Assembly: GCA_031416315.1 (NCBI GenBank)
Contig: JANOTL010000109.1
Span: 101,929-165,928, forward strand
Direction of reading: 5' to 3'
Length of the DNA stretch: 64,000 nt
Source of the DNA: Pseudomonadota bacterium
GTDB taxonomy: Bacteria; Bdellovibrionota_B; Oligoflexia; Oligoflexales; CAIYRB01
The notes beneath the pieces are model-generated. The model was not told where the DNA came from. It did no database searches and saw only the letters and a program-made list of their open reading frames with translations. The position numbers and the translations under genes were made by a program. This document shows, in pieces, positions 37,101-41,551 of the stretch (position 1 is the stretch's first letter; each line of letters opens with the position of its first letter).

Positions 37101-39174
37101 GGCCCTGAACGGTAAGGCCGGCGAAGCCGATCGCGCGCAGGTTCGGCATGACGGTGATGCGAGCGGAGGCATAGTTGGACTGGATACCGTCGGCGACGAC
37201 GGCATAATCAAAGCTCGCCTGGCCGTAATAACCGTCGTCGGCGCGGAAGATGAAAGGACACTTGCCGTCGACGCACGGAATGCCGCACTCGAAGCCCTTG
37301 GCGACCCAGCCGTCGACGAAGACCTCTTTACAGCCGACGCCGCGCGCCGGGTCCGGCGACATGCCGGCGGCGAGCTGGATCTTGCCGTGGAAGTCCTGCT
37401 CGTACAGCGGCTGTCGCACGTAGAGCATCGTCGCATTCTTGTTGAGGACGTGCGTGTAGCCGGCGAAGGTCTTGACTTTGTCGCCGTCGAACTCAATCGC
37501 CTTGCCGATGGAAGCGGGACGGTCTTCGTCCTGCTGCGCGATCATGTCAAAGCCCAGGGCGCGCGGCACTGGCTGCACGGCGATCTGGATCATGGCGACG
37601 TTGGAGGTCGAATTGCCCGCGACGACCTGGTAGCTTACGGTCGCGTATTCGGGCCGCGCTGCGTCGCCGTTCGTAAAGAAGTCCTTGGTCGGCTTGAAGC
37701 GGCCGGCACAGGTGCCGTCGATGCAGACGAACGGCGGGTCGCTGACGATCTCGCCTTGCGTGGTTGAGAAGATGATTTCGCGCGCGTTGTCGCGGTCGGC
37801 GTCCAGGTAGCCCAAGCCCTCGCCGCGCGTGATCGAGATGTCGACCACCGTGTTCTCGAGCGTGGTCAGGGCCAGGCCGGTGGCCACGACCGGGGTGTCC
37901 GGGATTTTGTAGAGGGCGGACTTGAAGACGGGGGTGTCGTCGAAGCCGTCGTTGACTTGCAGCTCGCAGAACAGCTCGTCGTCGCGGCTGTCGTCCTCGA
38001 CCAGGTTGTAAGTGAAGGTCTTCTGGGCGGCAGTGCCGACGAGGACGGCGCGCTCGACGACGCCAAGGTTCTCGCGTTTGCTGTTCCGGAACCAGAGGCG
38101 CGGGCTGAGGGTTTGCCAGTCGTCGACGTCCGTGTAAGTCGCGGTGCACGTGACTTCGGTCGGCTTGCCGTTTTGGTCGGTCTTGACGACGTCGAGGACG
38201 AGGGAAGCGACTTCGGTGACGTGGTTCTTGAGCTCGAAGCTCATCACCGTGACGTTCTGGTCTTCGCGGCCGTATTTGTCGAACGCGCGAACGCCGACCG
38301 TGTAGACGACGGCATGCTCGAGGTCCGAGATCTTGAACTCGCCGACGGCGCGGTCTTTGACCTCGCCGATGCGCGTCTCGGGCTTGAACTCGCTGCCGAG
38401 GTAGATGTGATATCCGGCGATGTCTTCACGGTCTGACGCGGTCCATTGGACGAGGAGCTCACCGTTGGCGGGGGAGGCGAGGGCGGTGACGCCAGAGAAC
38501 TCGACGGCTTCGCCGGTGGCGGTGCAGAGCGAGGTCTCGTTGGTGTCCGCGGGGAAGTTGTCGATCATGTAGCGAACGATAAAGCACGTGCGCTGGTCGA
38601 GGCCGATCTCGCTCGTCTTGAAGAAGTTGTCTTCGGTCTCGCGGAGCGCCTTCCAAGGCTCTGCGGGGTCTCCGCGCTGCATGACTTTGAAGCGCGCGCC
38701 CTTGAACGGGGGCGCCGCCCATTTCAGCATGTAGGTACCGTCGCGCAGGGACTTCAGCTCGGAAAGGCCGGCGAACTTATACGGCTGGTGGCCGGTACAA
38801 ATCTCCTTGACGTTCTTGTCGCTGTCGTTGTCTTTCTGCGTGAAGCGCACGACGAAGCACGTGTCGCCCACGAGGCGCAAGTCCGGCGTGATGTAGCTGG
38901 ATGTCGGCGGAGTCGAGACCGGCTTCGTGAAGTCAAAGGCCTCGGAGGCTTTGCGCTGGAAGACGCGGTAACTGACGTCGGACAGGCCGACAGTCGGCTG
39001 CCAAAAGACGGTCCACGTGCCGTCTGTGTTCGGTGTGACCTCGCGGACACCGCCGAATTCCAGCAGCTTGGCGCCCTGGGCGCCCGTTGAGGTCGAGCCG
39101 CCACCGCCGCAGCCTGGGAGCAGCTGGGCAATGCCGGCGATCAGAGTCGTCAGTTTTAAAAGCTTGGTAGCCAT
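16198..39174 (-). CDS. Giant (~7,658 aa) Cys-rich surface lipoprotein/adhesin: FN3-like head, tandem Ig-like repeats, RCC1 beta-propeller
   Basis: Unbroken 23-kb ORF; MATKLLKLTTLIAGIAQLLPGC lipobox-like signal; recurring RPxP...GYTH...CxxxGxC...FxPxxxYxG...FxYxV units; seven C-terminal AGxxHxCA...CWG repeats. Confidence 0.9.
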   Translation of the reverse strand: MATKLLKLTTLIAGIAQLLPGCGGGGSTSTGAQGAKLLEFGGVREVTPNTDGTWTVFWQPTVGLSDVSYRVFQRKASEAFDFTKPVSTPPTSSYITPDLRLVGDTCFVVRFTQKDNDSDKNVKEICTGHQPYKFAGLSELKSLRDGTYMLKWAAPPFKGARFKVMQRGDPAEPWKALRETEDNFFKTSEIGLDQRTCFIVRYMIDNFPADTNETSLCTATGEAVEFSGVTALASPANGELLVQWTASDREDIAGYHIYLGSEFKPETRIGEVKDRAVGEFKISDLEHAVVYTVGVRAFDKYGREDQNVTVMSFELKNHVTEVASLVLDVVKTDQNGKPTEVTCTATYTDVDDWQTLSPRLWFRNSKRENLGVVERAVLVGTAAQKTFTYNLVEDDSRDDELFCELQVNDGFDDTPVFKSALYKIPDTPVVATGLALTTLENTVVDISITRGEGLGYLDADRDNAREIIFSTTQGEIVSDPPFVCIDGTCAGRFKPTKDFFTNGDAARPEYATVSYQVVAGNSTSNVAMIQIAVQPVPRALGFDMIAQQDEDRPASIGKAIEFDGDKVKTFAGYTHVLNKNATMLYVRQPLYEQDFHGKIQLAAGMSPDPARGVGCKEVFVDGWVAKGFECGIPCVDGKCPFIFRADDGYYGQASFDYAVVADGIQSNYASARITVMPNLRAIGFAGLTVQGQNYKVTMSEDVGYKGARNGIVITRIDVVTTDNIQSISAFAETTPGEWTATVVGLAGYKGTGEFEYQIRATKDGRPIESNKGKATVRWYPLPVATNVAVQAIQDTQRAVSIKFGDAGSTVGYIHDDNAKASVAKIEAIDTARGYIVGFGPTVVSGDVPCDNGDCAFDFLGIAGYYDPQNAGSNLKMSFKVLVSVPSDLITNPTIYLDDFLKVPANRVLTSNLANLEVQIRPLPVATDLTYAVREFSATRPSSLAIVLDKGGATPQYSHPFSLKAITAAAVANPSSGNLSLFACAVDGICTATYTPAVGQVGELTPDLAWNLTVLDPVYLLSSSRITSKNKKIAIDVRPVPKTPGFTKAVAENTSFAPSSYLFSVSPGNGYTHADSLLANDMNMVEKGASHGSLSAIACAAGACTTTYTPTVDYFGRQKFDYRVWVTDAKLGPLDSEYGEIGLDVRPRPRAKNVGVEADLTTWQRVDENTPKNFVLELADEYTHAYSTPAKTVEVMSYSPISGAAPTTSCDAAGRCTVIYTPPTNFEGPAWIEYRVITRDTVLQADLASNTAKIFIDVYPAPRSTDRRAYMLSEQPGTVRLELKTGLVLNEDTQPERRLRMGYAHRRDHKATAVTPTALTRGTLGAFACGSDGVCTASYDTPAYLAATIDEFQYKVTVGGLASPANGRFQIEVRPTAIAQNFNKYTIENQPLTVNFNPGVGQGYTHPSNKPATRIEVVSFAKGTAVFEDIGPGAATCTDPGGTCRIIFTPDLDYWTPDAAPTEAHFTYKIWTYDTELGTEVNSKVARVNVNVRPRPRATGISFAAVQGTQPPVTFTSGAGNGYTYAQPTGTRIDRIKIVGTVQNGTVTPLEYFCPAGACDTATFLPASLGNGDYYYGNLAKFDYTVVAYDPIVQGDIESTVGTVSIDFRPKPKAQDLTIPQWQQTDKEIVLKPGVGYEHPYYASDATLYRPSGVVIVTPTLPAQGEVLAPLFGCEAASPHRCTATFRPNPSYYYKPVDGFAKITYQITVNDPVLGIIPSDPKIISIEVRPIIVNVGKSDMGVQTVPKVVRIAPGEGYTYPNALALAPQVIVVGTPFRGNVASGGITCAPTSGVCNGTFNPQDATITHLTSFDYKLVLFDNDLGPKESEIKTYTVDFYPVPHALSFLKAQDKHFKGNEGISQAVKILPGDWPTGAFCFPALHGAIGVDAGFQHEDCDLSAQVEVLNQANGSFQALSELPYDIGSKWWAATFDPASPAGAWPGFGIASFQYRVKLTPAALSAVTLSTAETDALTSNLGTAEIEFYPRPYATAVSLKAQNPAWDYVYAVQGNQLPFAIERCDTPASTPATCFKGYVQGYNEAADAVETRLLSNVSLLGVSCDAIGKCSTTVQPSSGFFTSTTDYGSFDYRVRVKNIWSEWATQKVNVYPSPVAQARSSSGIEGAEIPLTIDLGAGYTHALGAKAVKIQIIGWPSAAQGGLVDPTTPAQVLAATPANIEKAFTCDPAGLCTATYRPAAGSDQDNFIYFKVQVAAPAGMPAAQASQLLTESVRYDMRVFPKPRVQAREVVAVEGEGTPFEVALDKGYTHATFQLATKLHFMNGDRDALSRIAVRNGDVRGYITGSIACNSGDQDCYLGCALGSCSGIFTSAVGVYSNTLGQPPVSCSVGGANCPDVDFKVTVHDTLGTNLDAIADIAQPIRFNVRPKPTVPAAPIVMIQAEGEPLALSFAKPVHYGHPFYNAKSVTNIIASRGGLQGGAFACNTGAGTCTATFEPTATWEPASGDEFATIDYKVVVEDPTNKTAGSGTVGDLKSTAAGRVKIEYRPKPRATGTSFAMAEDEASPSLRTVSIGPGAGYTHTYSLKATKIEVLKGASLQRLSIVGGTCTVASCEIACDTNGICPVEIVPETDYYGPAQFTYHITVVDTAFATPRELKTVVVGTASVDVRPLPVAHDLTFKTKENTAVTLTLANAAGQGYQHPVSNYPAKAVQILSGPSNGSFGTAITCVTDSGSADFRKCIGTFQPTAEAFGTSLTSYTLSVRDTVLNRDLWSDPKSITVRIRPVPDATGFASTWTTKENFARVLDLQLGALESDKLGYWYPNLVAAEYDIHPQSIDLTQAPATSRGAFAVGGFSCTTGSDSPKRCFSTFTPAANQFGLTDFKYKVLVNDGDLGPLASNEATINLEVRPIVRAFDVSYTSNPIFRTVEDQALTWKVANGATSGYTYPTDAAYSSPMSSLNIATFDRVTDGHGTVAAGAICATEACGLGCTTSVCTGVFNPEPGYFTTGIADEAKFDFQVAVSDSTLPPAIQLITSARKTASVDVYPKPVANSFTRYTIEGEARSVTVKRGAASGFTHPRDDDPIGIEITSTGNIDTSVALNFTCTGDACTTTVTPASGFSSNSALPAAAAFFEFKPTVREIGVSPRSAQANVAARASLTVYPKPVPSDSGKKNLIIFEGEQASVTLTQGTGTGYTHKWTDPATAIDVTTVTAGSAITTPYTCDTGGVCTATFRAKDGGPYGADQASFDYKVQTKFTSPATSESASTTTEVWSGTTQGRVTFNVRATPKVPAVTQYNTFVENEPINGITIQLGAGYTYGDSANRKAAKIIFRAPASSHMTCDGGCGELICDGNGICPTPTFIPETDFHRSLTTTDGGVAKIEYQVMVLDGPAGNVEKWSTPSTMEFRLLPKARGVTFSADPDGIETTPYAMSIGRSTLGGYTHAEVGGNATQIRVLSSTNLSTPAVGDTACTGGACPLTLTPIATAFADVVGKTTNAGKTFGWAEVTYQVLVPVDTVNPVATINIWSTPATAYVYYYPKPRAAAKLDIVAIENTDKSVRLALNTGLTHDLDRAPASIIFTNGGGDGASRVFTNKASPFGGIVGQGSSAVACVGDDCTLSCVAGSCDGTFVGATDHYSTTSAVDNGCDAGGTNCPTINYKVSIQTPESGIAVSDSTGTLKVNVRKRPRANTAVINMMAAEGEDHTVVLRRGANATDKEYWHPYYDGKSIRLASETHGLTTAFVCASGGDCTATFDPTNSFAPTAADHDAVLSYFVTVNDPTKANPGVNNDIVGDLEAPTSGTVKIEYRPKPKTTSFLGAVKQNVTVAKDFIIARGDGYTHTYDHNAKKIVIVGGSWQLSKLESIGSCSQATDCVISCAVNGQCTVPVKPANGYSGDATFQYNIVTEDAAFSPTPRELTSPTAGTATIKVRPLPVANALSAAFAENTDYSAKIHLVGVPVGYARALAAADNDFGKGAVSITVTGETAGTIFGAPSCDITVGSPTYGTCTVVFRPTTDYHGAASFDFKVTIDDSYLGESIVSNLATFTLDVRPIPIANGLAATWAIRENDAGQTLSISRGTSLGDLKGYYLDNSYDVHPQSIVLDSPALDSNLGALSGFGCTTTGGTKKCDATFVPVANQIGTSSFGYKVRVVDQVMGTPFTSNVDTIDVAVRPVPVGQDLSHATNRHFKAIEGTDLDWQIANGADQGYTFPASYATVLATAASAPNGILTTDVGGGNGVILPSPAPTCDASGLCVGKFRPDTGFRDGTATFKFKMRLTDTLLPVAQTGNQYVETALKTVTVDVYPKPDATNTTWYTVQDTAKSIRIERGIEGGANLGFTHKRGHSPNRIVIQAQSGLTSVATTDFTCPAGSAYCDAAISPSAGTSSPPGARTDPTLGAYFTFKPEVKEPGSDPRIVQSENVGRANVVVYPKPVASYGTTEKVVVEGEPTAVNLAIGANLGYTHAWSDPLEGVDATPSTSSSVGSWTCDASGCNAMFTPKIGASSAEYGAYSTRSAANQVFLEYSVRTNYAALSPSSVSSGGTARVRYNLRAKPVVPATQTVTQVENANNAEYFTFTVQRNNGFTYQDDTWFGNAAADVYVRYQNPEHVSCYAGGVTTDCNPTPVDGVQCPSKICTVRIKPEANYNRQTDAEEASIQYAIGVNDTSFTGGKIVWSNWSTVTFDLIPQPLNPSASEARVIRYDGVEGTLYPFIASLGNGYTHAENTKATTIYFKKNNVSGYVNNANLDGPTIENDATLCDSSTGNCRIDLSPISTGSFLASDYGPGGSPGTNQRWGWARFKYQIEHFIETKTVKPPTSQLYGIGYVYFRPLPKPDNISFGNAIENETYTFQVRNRVSGLCPAGAVTQCGYVFPNNEANVHGTQHYADTIAVENISGGASLAEPPTCNSGTGVCTVKLLSTTAQVVTFTTKVTVNGVTQDTASSGSVTFVPRHRTQNLTASTTEGTAINIVISRGAGLGYTHQDDHDAGSVVITNISNALSDTVKYRTSIGGSDLSCTVAGTELHCPCSSGDCIIRFTPRAWADGEGNLSGGFTFRTRDLSYVEADGITPLAAMNASTVTITMTPRVLANSRNYPAGANEGEEDVVKVVSIASGTGGTSVGGFEHTLGHTISQYKVASVNNATIAGSGTWQSCVANVCDVNVTPLSGGSFATNASFTYHVRDVNNFESHILGTSAVYFYPRAKATTKTAVVEAGPAGSPVTTAVSVSLNSGYTHLLSDPGSFWARPGSLTLTPDGTLSGWSCTGSGVCSANFTPNDGFFTTDPTSYTQFDYVVATTAAHGTVWSTTPVGVYNLDVFPRPIRTAATRELRWVEGIGDVTKPAGEQMRIVVKKGIDYTHSRAGTHANPAKILVVSQTGGSFSSNFSCAGDNCYADFVPDSNNVSGDNTTAAATFKLKTVVGDAVKYLPFPSEETTYSIIIMPRTVAKPFTLNTVQGRTVPLKFANTAVPAQVEFDAYDAPWGLLPELTTDIEITQQPNKAGVPWGTITVTGCATGICSASFAPAKLVYTGDSTFKYRVRVTHSSDSTHFTSVSDEATGTVSQVFEHALTGRAFDKQQVLVNGVLIPVTDVPLRIELGNGYTQADNPQVATLQDLLIVTPAGNFSSKGSIVDQSISAGVWTGTFRTTSYWYGDVDLQYQVCRTLNGGCGAVDDVKSDLLTNTSTWMRIHVEPNDNPPDPCDKTLIVFKNQPKPTSMARDNISCGNGKWYKDTNDDDVVELRFLNASNALVSGTFSGVSVANGGDNTICAVSAPDVVCTCGTAACKWTWTPPVDVVNDTRLISWKLKTHSNVINTNTLSTDTGVITFDIKEALAPVADAITQTMLEDTTATIVLQPSDGYRTATQINASYVSDPDGYPMRATDVEVISFDAAMFQVAAQTGCDPAGVCNVNVTPTFDKAGQGIITYRVKANGLWSANKTMTLTYTAVDDAPQVFGDNAQTLMLNRQYLFVAHPDALLSTGTFYANGVGTPMNIVLKPYINAAAANNPRRGNLDSNPGWWEHWRFGYYDVDDDKAVKVRIDPATLVGGTLNYASGKDANDAFECDPSGACTLNFTPNGTKVNDVATVKYKVTTDNGGVLKEQPLWSTLSIYISSGDSTPFVNEHLPVHGTQDPDVTVANYETDFTLGRNATKNFILKPGIAPIDPDDAFAVNHWAPSGWPYPGSDLATSIEIGDGTNGAPAPTGGTLDGPMVCSSGFCQGGFKSATTYPSYPASAGFWYRVVSAENLTYSTPQGTHFFNNELVTKSDWKKITFKVSLNGGGQGCLLSGELEPHVFLNSNADQGSTFSTTIGAVGANGNHYNYPASGAERRPLSSITVVDAYGSTISTPVCVNGVCTFDWSLPGFATPTDFNDDQLSYASVLLRGYDDLGCATNTQTFFTRIIPKVATRNICPHEPLYTDPDYICIRNEKMIENVAQNSTKVISFRKRGTAPVTDYKDHEYFTPLDTATGFTANATKIKVFGFAPEALARLRSPFVSAAITGSGVTCSGTTSVDFACETTNCDANGTCSFDFKTTSTFDWGLVEFKWKAYVGDTYSRTYHTRGVPYPFHYDSGNRNTYIVADGLYRFWVKATPVVTSPAQFTTSVNEPITVYLGRENGSTVWGYTYADDANFTGKNIQIDAFNVQNGSIQESSFDQVTKILTLKIMPALNFEGSLTFDYKVSVWEVWSGTGTGTIAVSKHLLAANATRTTSENTPLNGSIVKVTDYAKHGTHIYDEATQLQIVNDDLTPVPAAKGTVAIGSCTTGTCTFTYTPPTPVYVGTVALKYRLKAGPAGAPTWSNYANLTIDVVPVPTPPVVYNLSFIGSDETAKLIAISKGATTGYTDVNATDLATELQVSGAVNGTLSPDSPIECDTAGICLVSFLPNAQHYGNATFNFNVKTAGQTATTPATVTVDFKPKLRSQSFTVNGSLNQPKPLTVARGAGYTYNPGPNVDKLLIQSLENGTIAGNPTEIACSSGACDFTVTPNNGFTGNAKVHYKTRISGTPNVDSNAAIITINIAASDEAPVATSFPVVMPDRTPIVVALALGTDYTDRENDKATALTVVGTPSGGTITTGPTCSATTGICSFTFTPTVGYSGQGRVVYTVTTNATTPKVSNQGTISFSIPDDTSRSFGLAWLAPTLSSQCKVVLPGSITIRTGSSNCGAGACTTATGVLGTGVTSLAVTADYDSVDGQLNIFTNLGTHLTSWEVGSATETAKIGRFLELKDLGAPTNLRRPIPALVPTPEASMAGAQMAFDGCLGTSCSSAKMASVSAGDGFSCALQLDGRVSCWGANDFGKLGRNVLHSTTASASDPQAIRDPSDFDSELFGLVAVAAGKNHACALTSAKKVVCWGSNEFGQLGANREMGAGASLRYPAFVRKPIPEQAANLSNIVAIATGDDHTCAVDTTRKVFCWGRNDNGQLGDGLTVHTALPRPVKVVTAKDASDNVDTTADLTDAFSIAAGSAHTCALRVSISGANVTGQSLLCWGANDMDQVGDNNYYHNDATLLTRVAPGAANLVRLFPVLVRDVSNAAIANAVGLAAGGKTSCAVFADGTAMCWGSNADGVAAVNAPLTYTQIKNPTTVQNVGGTGSLGSVVSISVGGGHACALLATKKLACWGANASSQLGNDDTAASSVPVMALDTGPAQLSNVYAVAAGKNHACVVVPEGVRCFGSNATKQIGVDAVGLTALHAANPAGPIGSPLEPSLRTCSKKYDFTVP

Positions 39175-39181
39175 GCCGGGT

Positions 39182-39208
39182 TCTTCGGCAAACCCGGAGA
39201 AAGGTTTA
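39182..39208 (-). promoter_or_regulatory. Sigma28 (FliA)-like promoter of the giant gene
   Basis: TAAA-N15-GCCGAAGA ending 7 nt before ATG. Confidence 0.7.
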
Positions 39209-39304
39209 CATAAACCAGGTTTCCCCTGGATCGCGCTAGGAATTCTGGCCACTTGCCGACGGGCAGAATGCCGTAATCTTCGGACTGCAAGTTTCCGGCG
39301 GGGC

Positions 39305-39332
39305 TCAACTAGGACGGGCTTCTTGCCGAAGC
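39305..39332 (+). promoter_or_regulatory. Sigma28-like promoter of the FN3 lipoprotein
   Basis: TCAA-N16-GCCGAAGC ending 8 nt before ATG. Confidence 0.55.
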
Positions 39333-39340
39333 GTCTAGTG

Positions 39341-40297
39341 ATGAAACTACGATGCCAAACATTTCTCTGGGCAACGGCAGCGCTGGTTTTCGCCTGCGGC
39401 GGCGGTGGAGCGCCTCAAGAAGCCGGCTCCAAGCAGATTCGCTCGCAGGTTGCCACGTTCGCCGGCGCCAAGACGCTGGAGAAATTGCCGGACGGTGCCT
39501 GGATCGTGCGGTGGACGCCGGTCGAGGCGGACGGCATCCAGTACTCGGTCTTCAAGGCGCCGCAAGGTCAGCCCATGGATTACAATTCGCCTTTCGTTTC
39601 TGTGCCGACCGACTACTTCTCGTATCGGCCAAAGAACGTCTACACCGAGCGTTCGATCTGCTTCGTCGTGCGCGTCACCAACGTGGTTGGTGACACCAAC
39701 ATCAATTCTCTGTGCACGATGGAGGAGCCGCTCTCCTTCAGCGGCGCCTCTTCGCTCGAGCGCTTGGCCGACGGCGCGTATACTCTCAAATGGCCCGCGC
39801 TCTTGGTCGAGGGTGTGATCTTCGCGGTCTATGCCCGGCAGGACGAGGACGAGTTCAACTTCGAGCAGGCCAGCTTCGACGGCATCCGCGAGAACTTCTT
39901 CAGCCAATTGAAACAGGTCGAGCGCGGCACGCGCTTCTGCTTCGTCGTGCGCTACCAGCATCCGGATCTGCCCACCGACGTGAACAACACCGAGCTATGC
40001 ACCGAGGTCGAGGCGCCGATTGAGTTCGAGGGCATCAAGAACCGCGAGGTGCTCGACGGTCGCACGGTCAAGTTGAACTGGAACTTGGCCGACCCTGAGA
40101 TCGTCAAAAGCTACCGCGTGTATCAGGGCGCGGACTTCAAGGAGCTCGTCACGACCGTGACGGACGCGACCGGCGAAGCCAAGGTCGAGGGGCTCGTTCC
40201 GGGTCGACAGTATAGTTTCGGCATCCGCGCGGTCGACCAGTTCGGGCGCGAGGACCGGAACATCGTGATCCGCTCGGTCGTCATGCCGCCGGAATAA
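39341..40297 (+). CDS. FN3-like lipoprotein, paralog of the giant protein's N-terminal head
   Basis: LVFAC lipobox; DGAWIVRW...CFVVR...LCT twice; GIRAVDQFGREDRN versus GVRAFDKYGREDQN in the giant. Confidence 0.85.
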   Translation: MKLRCQTFLWATAALVFACGGGGAPQEAGSKQIRSQVATFAGAKTLEKLPDGAWIVRWTPVEADGIQYSVFKAPQGQPMDYNSPFVSVPTDYFSYRPKNVYTERSICFVVRVTNVVGDTNINSLCTMEEPLSFSGASSLERLADGAYTLKWPALLVEGVIFAVYARQDEDEFNFEQASFDGIRENFFSQLKQVERGTRFCFVVRYQHPDLPTDVNNTELCTEVEAPIEFEGIKNREVLDGRTVKLNWNLADPEIVKSYRVYQGADFKELVTTVTDATGEAKVEGLVPGRQYSFGIRAVDQFGREDRNIVIRSVVMPPE

Positions 40298-40300
40298 CGC

Positions 40301-41551
40301 TCATCTGACCTTGAGAAAGCTCGCGAGCGTGAGCTCGTAGCTCCGCGAGGCCAAGACGTTCACGCCGCGCGGCGTGTCCCGCACGGTGACGGTCGACCAG
40401 AACGGGACGGGCGCCAGCATCATCACCGAGAGCGAGCCCTCGACGTAAATCGCGAGCGCGTCCGTGCCGTCGCTGAGCGCGGAGTAGTTTCCGGAAACCT
40501 GTCCCGAATAGCGATCGGTGAAGTGCCGCTCGACGCCACCTTTGAGGGTCGTGGTCACGATCCCGAGCCGAAATCCGGCGCCGCCGCCGAAACGTACGTC
40601 GTCGCCGGGGTCGAGCGCTAGGTCGTAGGTGCGCTCTTTCGCGGCGAGCTCTTCGCCAGCAAGCGGCAGGCGCTCGCGCTTCCTTGCGCCAAGATTTTTC
40701 ACGTAGCCTAGCTCGCCCAAGAGGAAAAAACGCGACAGCGCGAGCTGCGGCTCGATGGCAAGGCCGGCGCCGTAGTATCCCTTGCCGAAGCCGAAGTCGG
40801 TGAGCTCGTCCGGATCGTCGACGGCGCCGGTCGGCGTCGTCAAAGTCGCCGTAATCGGCATCGACCAGCGCAGCTTGCGCGCGAGACGGCCCTCGACGCT
40901 CGTGCGCGCGCCGAGACGCAGGTCGCCTACGCCTTCATTCTCCCAGCGGTCGAGCGAGGCGTAGCCTAGATCTTTTTCCAGCGAAGCGCGCACCGCCTTC
41001 GCGTCGAGCGCGGCGGCGCGGTCGAGTCCCGACTTCAACTCGTCGTAAGCTAGATCCCCGAGGCGGTCTTTGATCGCGCCCGCATTGTTCGTCCCGGTGA
41101 GCGCGAGCTTGCTTTCGACCTTGGCGCGGATCCAAGGAATGCCGGCGAAGAGCGTGAGGCGCGGCGTGATCCCGAAGGCGAAGCCCAAGCTCGTCGCCTG
41201 CACGTCGGCGCGCACTTCGCCCCGTAGAGTGCCGAGGTCCAAGCCGTCGACGAGTCCCGCGGCTCCAGGATGCTCCGTCTCGAAGCGCGACAGCTCGGAA
41301 GCGAGCCGCTTGAGGTCCGCGCCGCCGTGACCTCGGGCGAGCTCAGCACCGCGAAAGCTCTTGTCGAAGCGCGATCCCAGGGGCGTCAGAAGGCCCTTCG
41401 CGTCGAATGCCTCGGACTGTTCAGCGTAGCCGAGGTATCCGAGCTGGAAGAGCGCGATGCCGCGGGGCAAGACGTGCTGGGCCTCGGCTCGATGCGAGAT
41501 CGTGGCCATAAGAAGGAGAATGAGCGGAAAGAGGGCGGTCGAGCGTCTCAT
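40301..41551 (-). CDS. Putative outer-membrane beta-barrel protein
   Basis: Signal ...HRAEA; GVGDLRLGAR, TLTTPTG, GFGKG motifs typical of MetA/CoxB-type barrels; amphipathic strands. Confidence 0.65.
   Translation of the reverse strand: MRRSTALFPLILLLMATISHRAEAQHVLPRGIALFQLGYLGYAEQSEAFDAKGLLTPLGSRFDKSFRGAELARGHGGADLKRLASELSRFETEHPGAAGLVDGLDLGTLRGEVRADVQATSLGFAFGITPRLTLFAGIPWIRAKVESKLALTGTNNAGAIKDRLGDLAYDELKSGLDRAAALDAKAVRASLEKDLGYASLDRWENEGVGDLRLGARTSVEGRLARKLRWSMPITATLTTPTGAVDDPDELTDFGFGKGYYGAGLAIEPQLALSRFFLLGELGYVKNLGARKRERLPLAGEELAAKERTYDLALDPGDDVRFGGGAGFRLGIVTTTLKGGVERHFTDRYSGQVSGNYSALSDGTDALAIYVEGSLSVMMLAPVPFWSTVTVRDTPRGVNVLASRSYELTLASFLKVR

Noticed and set aside
16208..39131. Dozens of long alternative-frame and antisense ORFs over the giant gene (and similar ones across the window)
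   Set aside because: Arg/Gly/Ala-rich shadow ORFs expected in high-GC DNA; they overlap well-supported genes and show no motifs
16198..39174. RTX/T1SS adhesin, autotransporter or Rhs toxin
   Set aside because: No GGxGxD nonapeptides, C-terminal barrel, or YD/Rhs core seen; it has an N-terminal lipoprotein-type signal
39017..39340. Upstream extensions in the ORF track (39252 start for the giant, 39017 for the paralog; likewise 4090, 42445, 44853, 55743, 59395)
   Set aside because: Downstream starts give clean signal peptides or coupling and remove overlaps with neighbouring genes
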